Source: Thermodesulfobacteriota bacterium (GTDB lineage Bacteria; Desulfobacterota_D; UBA1144; Nemesobacterales; N074bin48). From it: 64,000 bases of DNA. Position 1 is the first letter of the stretch. Each line of letters opens with the position of its first letter. The notes beneath the pieces are model-generated. The model ran no database searches. It was given only the letters and a program-made list of their open reading frames with translations, and was not told where the DNA came from. Where the stretch lies: the NCBI GenBank assembly GCA_041572575.1, contig JBFFSH010000001.1, positions 11,341-75,340 on the forward strand, in the 5' to 3' direction. Made by a program: the position numbers and the translations under genes. This document shows positions 59,496 through 64,000 of the stretch, piece after piece.

Positions 59496-61250
59496 TCAAT
59501 CATCCTGAGATGTATTTCTAACTACCTCTTCAATTGTTGTTATACCTTGCTTGAGTTTTAGAAGTGCACTTTGTCTAAGAGTATGCATTCCCTGTCTTAT
59601 AGCTTCTCTTTTAAGTTCGAGAGCCGACGCACCGCTTAATATAAATTCTTTGATTTCTTCAGTAATTCTTAATACTTCATAGATTGCGATTCTTCCCTTA
59701 TATCCTGTACCCATACAGGTCTTGCAATTTTCTCCGCTTCCCCTGTAAATCACATAATCTGACACTGCTTTAGGTGAAACCCCAAGATCTATGAGTACCT
59801 GTGGAGATACATCCACAACCTCTTGACAATCCGGGCATACTTTTCTTACAAGTCTTTGAGCAAGTATTGCATTGAGTGAAGCTGTAAGCAAGAATGGCTC
59901 AACACCCATGTTGAGAAGTCTTGTAATAGTTGAAGGGGCATCATTTGTATGTAAGGTAGATAGAACAAGGTGACCGGTAAGAGCAGCTTTAATGGATATT
60001 TCTGCAGTTTCGTAGTCTCTTATTTCACCTACTAATATAATATCTGGATCCTGCCTGAGGAACGATCTTAATGCAGACGAGAAATTAAGCCCGATCGCCT
60101 CATGCATCTGCACCTGATTTACTCCGGACAAACTGTATTCTACCGGGTCTTCTGCTGTGGAAATGTTTACATCTTCTCTGTTTAGCTCCATCAGTCCAGA
60201 ATACAGTGTTGTTGTTTTACCACTACCTGTAGGACCCGTAATTAAAACCATACCGAAAGGCTGATAAATTGATTCTCTAAATAGTTTAAGTTCATCTTCA
60301 TTAAAACCGAGTTGTGTCAGGTCAAGCTTCAGGGAATCCTGATCAAGAAGCCTCATAACCACTTTTTCTCCGGTTATTGTTGGAAGACAGGAAACACGAT
60401 ATTCCATGGTTCTGCCCTTACCCGCCTTTATCTTTATCCTTCCATCCTGTGGAAGCCTTCTTTCAGCAATATCGAGATTTGCCATAACTTTAATTCTTGA
60501 TGAAACAGGATTTTTAAGCTGTGGCGGAGGTTTAAGAATATCATACAGTACTCCGTCAATTCTGAGTCTTACCCTATAATCAGTCTCATAAGGTTCTATA
60601 TGAATATCACTGGCTCCTCTTCTTATTGATTCTAATAGTATGTGGTTTACCAGTCTTATTACCGGTGCTTCCTCAGAAGCCTCTTTGAGATCTCCGAGGT
60701 CAAGATCTTCTACTGTAGCAATATCTAGTACAAAGTCTTCTAAATCGCCAAAAAGTTTTCCGACTTCTTCCTGACTCTTTTCTGCTTCAACTTTCTTTTG
60801 CCATTCTTCCTGAGAACCATAGTGCTTCTCAATTGCTGTCTTAATCGATCTTTCCGAGGCTACAACTACTTCAATATTCTGACCCGTAGCAAATTTTAAA
60901 TCATCAATGGCAAAAATGTTTGAGGGATCTGCCATGGCAACAACCAGAGTAGATCCTGATCTGTCTATGGGAACCAGTTTGTGTTTGAGCGCTGAATCCC
61001 TTGGTACCAGGTCCAGGGCTTCTTCTGATACATCGAACTGCTCAAGGTTGATTGCAGGTACTGCATATTGTTTACTCAAATATGCAACAAGCTGGTTTTC
61101 ATCTATGTATCCAAGGTTTAGCAGAGTCTCACCAAGCTTCCTACCCGAGTGCTTTTGCTCCTGGATTGCGCTTTTTAACTGATCAAGATTTATAACATCT
61201 TCTTTGATCAGAATATCGCCCATCTTGGCGCCTGCTTTTTGCTGCTTCAT
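59496..61250 (-). CDS. pilB: Type IV pilus assembly ATPase PilB with an N-terminal MshEN/T2SSE_N domain.
   Basis: 584 aa. N-terminal tandem 24-residue MshEN-type motifs (KMGDILIKEDVINLDQLKSAIQEQ and KLGETLLNLGYIDENQLVAYLSKQ). Walker A GPTGSGKTTT. Tetracysteine CPDC...CKTC. Confidence 0.85.
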   Translation of the reverse strand: MKQQKAGAKMGDILIKEDVINLDQLKSAIQEQKHSGRKLGETLLNLGYIDENQLVAYLSKQYAVPAINLEQFDVSEEALDLVPRDSALKHKLVPIDRSGSTLVVAMADPSNIFAIDDLKFATGQNIEVVVASERSIKTAIEKHYGSQEEWQKKVEAEKSQEEVGKLFGDLEDFVLDIATVEDLDLGDLKEASEEAPVIRLVNHILLESIRRGASDIHIEPYETDYRVRLRIDGVLYDILKPPPQLKNPVSSRIKVMANLDIAERRLPQDGRIKIKAGKGRTMEYRVSCLPTITGEKVVMRLLDQDSLKLDLTQLGFNEDELKLFRESIYQPFGMVLITGPTGSGKTTTLYSGLMELNREDVNISTAEDPVEYSLSGVNQVQMHEAIGLNFSSALRSFLRQDPDIILVGEIRDYETAEISIKAALTGHLVLSTLHTNDAPSTITRLLNMGVEPFLLTASLNAILAQRLVRKVCPDCQEVVDVSPQVLIDLGVSPKAVSDYVIYRGSGENCKTCMGTGYKGRIAIYEVLRITEEIKEFILSGASALELKREAIRQGMHTLRQSALLKLKQGITTIEEVVRNTSQDD

Positions 61251-61639
61251 CTATAAATTATACCTCGAAATTAAAAAACTATGTAATAAATATTAATAGT
61301 GCAATATATGTGCCAATACCATCGGCTAATTTTAGCTGATTAGATAAATCGAAGTATTTATCCCTCCCTATAAGATAATTTCTTCATACTTTTAACCCTC
61401 TTACCCTCTATCCTTTATACTACATTTTTCCTATAAAGTCAATCTGCATGTCCTATATAATTTGTTCTCATAATGTAGGCATATTTAATCTCAAAACTCA
61501 AAGTAAACTCTAAAATAATACATATTACTTTTTATATCATTTATTTTATATGCACTATTTCATTTTTCTTTTGATACGGTAAATAATATCTAGTATATAA
61601 TTAAGTCGTTAATAAAATTACTAATATTATTTAAATTTA

Positions 61640-62959
61640 ATGAATGCCAACAATAAAATAGTGGTTGTAGGAGCCGGTCTTGCAGGAACTGAGGCTGCAT
61701 ATCAGATTGCAAAAAGAAATATTGAAGTAGACCTATATGAAATGCGTCCTCATAAAAAGAGTCCCGCGCACAATACAGATAAGTTTGCAGAGCTTGTATG
61801 CAGTAACTCCCTTAAGTCCAACTATCTTGAAAACGCAAGCGGGATTTTAAAAGAAGAAATGAGAAGACTCGATTCGCTTATCATTAAATCAGCAGATAAA
61901 ACAAGTGTGCCGGCAGGAAAAGCTCTTGCAGTCGACAGAACTAGATTCGCAGACCACATAACCAGTGTTTTAGAACAAAATCCTTATATAAATATTAAAC
62001 GCAGGGAATTTGATAAAATACCAGTAACCATCGGGACACCTGTAATCATTGCCTCCGGCCCCCTAACATCTAAAGACCTATCAAATGAATTAAGTAAAAT
62101 CACCTGCACAGACTATCTTTATTTTTTTGATGCAATCTCACCTATAATAGAAGCTGAAAGCATTGATTTTGACAAAGCGTTTTTTGCATCAAGATATGAT
62201 AAAGGTGAAGATGAGCAGGGGGATTACCTAAACTGTCCGCTTGATAGAGACGAGTATTACAGACTTATTGATGATATAATTTCGGCAGAAAATATTGAAG
62301 TAAAAGAGTTTGATGATGTGAAATATTTTGAAAGCTGCCTTCCTGTAGAAGTTATTGCCGGCAGGGGCAAAGATTCTTTGAGGTTTGGGCCTATGAAGGC
62401 AAAAGGCCTAACAGACCCAAAAACATCCAAACGCCCATATGCTGTACTGCAGCTTAGAAAAGAAAATTATGCAGGTTCTATGTACAACATGGTAGGTTTT
62501 CAAACGAGGCTTAAATACTCAGAGCAAAAAAGGGTATTCTCAAACATTAGCGGGCTTGAAAATGCCGAGTTTCTAAGATACGGAAGCATGCACAGAAATA
62601 CTTATATAAACTCTCCAAAACTTCTCCAGCCCACGCTTCAGCTAAAAAATCACCCAAACATTTTTCTTGCGGGTCAGATTGTGGGGGTTGAGGGGTATGT
62701 AGAATCGGCAGCCATGGGATTAATAGCGGGTATAAATGCCGTTAAGCTCACTCAGGGTTGTGAACCGAAAATACCTTGTGAGCAAACTTCCATCGGGTCG
62801 TTACTAAAATATATTACAGACTCAGGCCTAAAAGAATTTCAGCCTATGAATATAAATTTCGGTCTTTACCCTGAAGTAGAAAAAAAATATACTAAAACTG
62901 AAAAAAGAAGGTATATTGCTGAACGGGCTTTATCTAAAATAACTGAATATATAAACTAA
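61640..62959 (+). CDS. trmFO: Methylenetetrahydrofolate--tRNA-(uracil54-C5)-methyltransferase.
   Basis: FAD-binding [18 protein letters not shown] start. 439 aa. Confidence 0.85.
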   Translation: MNANNKIVVVGAGLAGTEAAYQIAKRNIEVDLYEMRPHKKSPAHNTDKFAELVCSNSLKSNYLENASGILKEEMRRLDSLIIKSADKTSVPAGKALAVDRTRFADHITSVLEQNPYINIKRREFDKIPVTIGTPVIIASGPLTSKDLSNELSKITCTDYLYFFDAISPIIEAESIDFDKAFFASRYDKGEDEQGDYLNCPLDRDEYYRLIDDIISAENIEVKEFDDVKYFESCLPVEVIAGRGKDSLRFGPMKAKGLTDPKTSKRPYAVLQLRKENYAGSMYNMVGFQTRLKYSEQKRVFSNISGLENAEFLRYGSMHRNTYINSPKLLQPTLQLKNHPNIFLAGQIVGVEGYVESAAMGLIAGINAVKLTQGCEPKIPCEQTSIGSLLKYITDSGLKEFQPMNINFGLYPEVEKKYTKTEKRRYIAERALSKITEYIN

Positions 62960-62969
62960 TTTTTACAAG

Positions 62970-63860
62970 ATGACATTTCAAAAGCTTTTATTAGAATTGC
63001 AAAACTACTGGTCTAAGAAAAACTGCATAATTTACCAGCCCTATGACCTTGAAAAAGGAGCCGGAACTTTTCATCCCGCAACTTTTTTAAGATGCCTTGG
63101 GCCAGAACCCTGGCAGGTAGCTTATGTAGAGCCATCGAGAAGACCCACAGACGGAAGGTATGGAGATAATCCAAACAGACTCCAGCACTACTATCAGTTT
63201 CAGGTAATAATCAAACCTTCTCCGGATAATATCCAGGATTTATATCTGGACAGTCTAAAGCACTTGGGAATTAACCCAAAGGAGCATGACATAAGATTTG
63301 TGGAGGATGACTGGGAATCTCCCACCCTTGGCGCCTGGGGACTTGGATGGGAAGTATGGCTTGATGGAATGGAAATTACTCAGTTTACCTATTTCCAGCA
63401 GGCGGGCGGTATAGACCTCGATCCAATCTCGGTAGAGATTACCTATGGAACAGAGAGAATTGCCATGTACATTCAGGAAGTTGAAAATGTATATGATGTT
63501 GAATGGACAAAGGGAATATCATACGGAGAGATTCACCACAGAGATGAAGTCGAGTTTTCTACATATAATTTTGAAAGCTCGGATTACAAAATGCTTACTG
63601 AGCAGTTCGGCCAGTTTGAAAAGGAATGTGAAAATGCAGCAAAGAATGAACTTTCTTTACCTGCTTATGATTACTGCCTTAAATGCTCCCATACTTTCAA
63701 CCTTCTCGACGCAAGAGGAGTGATAGGGGTTTCAGAGCGTGCAAACTATATTGGAAGAGTGAGAAACCTTGCCAAGATGTGTGCAGAGACCTATCTGGCC
63801 CAAAGAGAAAAAATGGGGTTTCCACTTTTAAAGAATAATCCCTGGACACAGAACAAATAA
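62970..63860 (+). CDS. glyQ: Glycine--tRNA ligase alpha subunit.
   Basis: [39 protein letters not shown] is near-invariant GlyQ sequence. Confidence 0.9.
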   Translation: MTFQKLLLELQNYWSKKNCIIYQPYDLEKGAGTFHPATFLRCLGPEPWQVAYVEPSRRPTDGRYGDNPNRLQHYYQFQVIIKPSPDNIQDLYLDSLKHLGINPKEHDIRFVEDDWESPTLGAWGLGWEVWLDGMEITQFTYFQQAGGIDLDPISVEITYGTERIAMYIQEVENVYDVEWTKGISYGEIHHRDEVEFSTYNFESSDYKMLTEQFGQFEKECENAAKNELSLPAYDYCLKCSHTFNLLDARGVIGVSERANYIGRVRNLAKMCAETYLAQREKMGFPLLKNNPWTQNK

Positions 63861-64000
63861 TGGACAAAGACTTGATACTAGAAATCGGAACCGAAGAAAT
63901 ACCTGCTGGTTTTTTAGAAAGTTCCACTGCAAGACTAAAAGAAATAATCACAAAGGTTTTTTCGGACTTAAACCTGGGATTTAGTGATATTGCAGTTTAC
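63859..64000 (+). CDS. glyS: Glycine--tRNA ligase beta subunit. 5' end only; truncated by the window.
   Basis: ATG at 63859 overlaps the glyQ stop. [19 protein letters not shown] is the canonical GlyS N-terminus. Confidence 0.8.

Overview
This 64 kb window looks like an AT-rich chromosomal segment from a Gram-negative (diderm) bacterium. It is densely packed with core genes. BamD, TamA/TamB, NuoJKL, a type IV pilus ATPase/platform/two-component cluster, split GlyQ/GlyS, and MtnA together suggest an FCB-group or Ignavibacteria-like lineage. That lineage call is inference only, with no database support.

I called about 60 CDS. There are no rRNA or tRNA genes, no CRISPR array, and no transposase, integrase or phage genes. 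I see no canonical defence island: no helicases, nucleases or restriction-modification genes.

Genes I recognise with confidence:
- obg, bamD, mtnA and the panBCD operon
- rlpA and the tamA-tamB operon
- glnB-glnA, preceded by a -24/-12 (sigma-54) promoter
- nuoJKL (an isolated fragment of the nuo operon) and nth
- argC, eda, glgA, coaX and miaB
- a pilR-pilS-pilC-pilT-pilB cluster
- trmFO, glyQ, and the 5' end of glyS

The regions most worth a second look:
1. A tightly coupled 3-gene operon at 14716-17591 that looks like a CDP-alcohol head-group transfer pathway plus an AspH/LpxO-like dioxygenase.
2. An operon at 30575-34029 encoding a PilB-N-terminal (MshEN, putative c-di-GMP binding) domain joined to a receiver domain by a long Pro/Gln-rich disordered linker. 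It is followed by an unknown protein and a CheW-like protein.
3. An ArgC-like reductase translationally coupled to an adenylating enzyme and a carrier protein (43062-45788).
4. A TetR regulator and an exported alpha/beta-hydrolase, each preceded by a perfect 16-bp palindrome sharing the core ACAGAC-NN-GTCTGT (22362-22377 and 23008-23023).
5. A small overlapping two-gene insertion with a nucleotidyltransferase-like fold between nuoJ and nth.
6. A HAMP-only membrane protein with a CxxCH (heme c) periplasmic domain.

Several Rho-independent terminators and candidate operators are visible directly in the sequence. I did not recognise any classical defence or mobile system. The novelty, if any, lies in these signalling and biosynthetic modules. 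All functional assignments are from motif and architecture recognition by eye and have not been checked by search.
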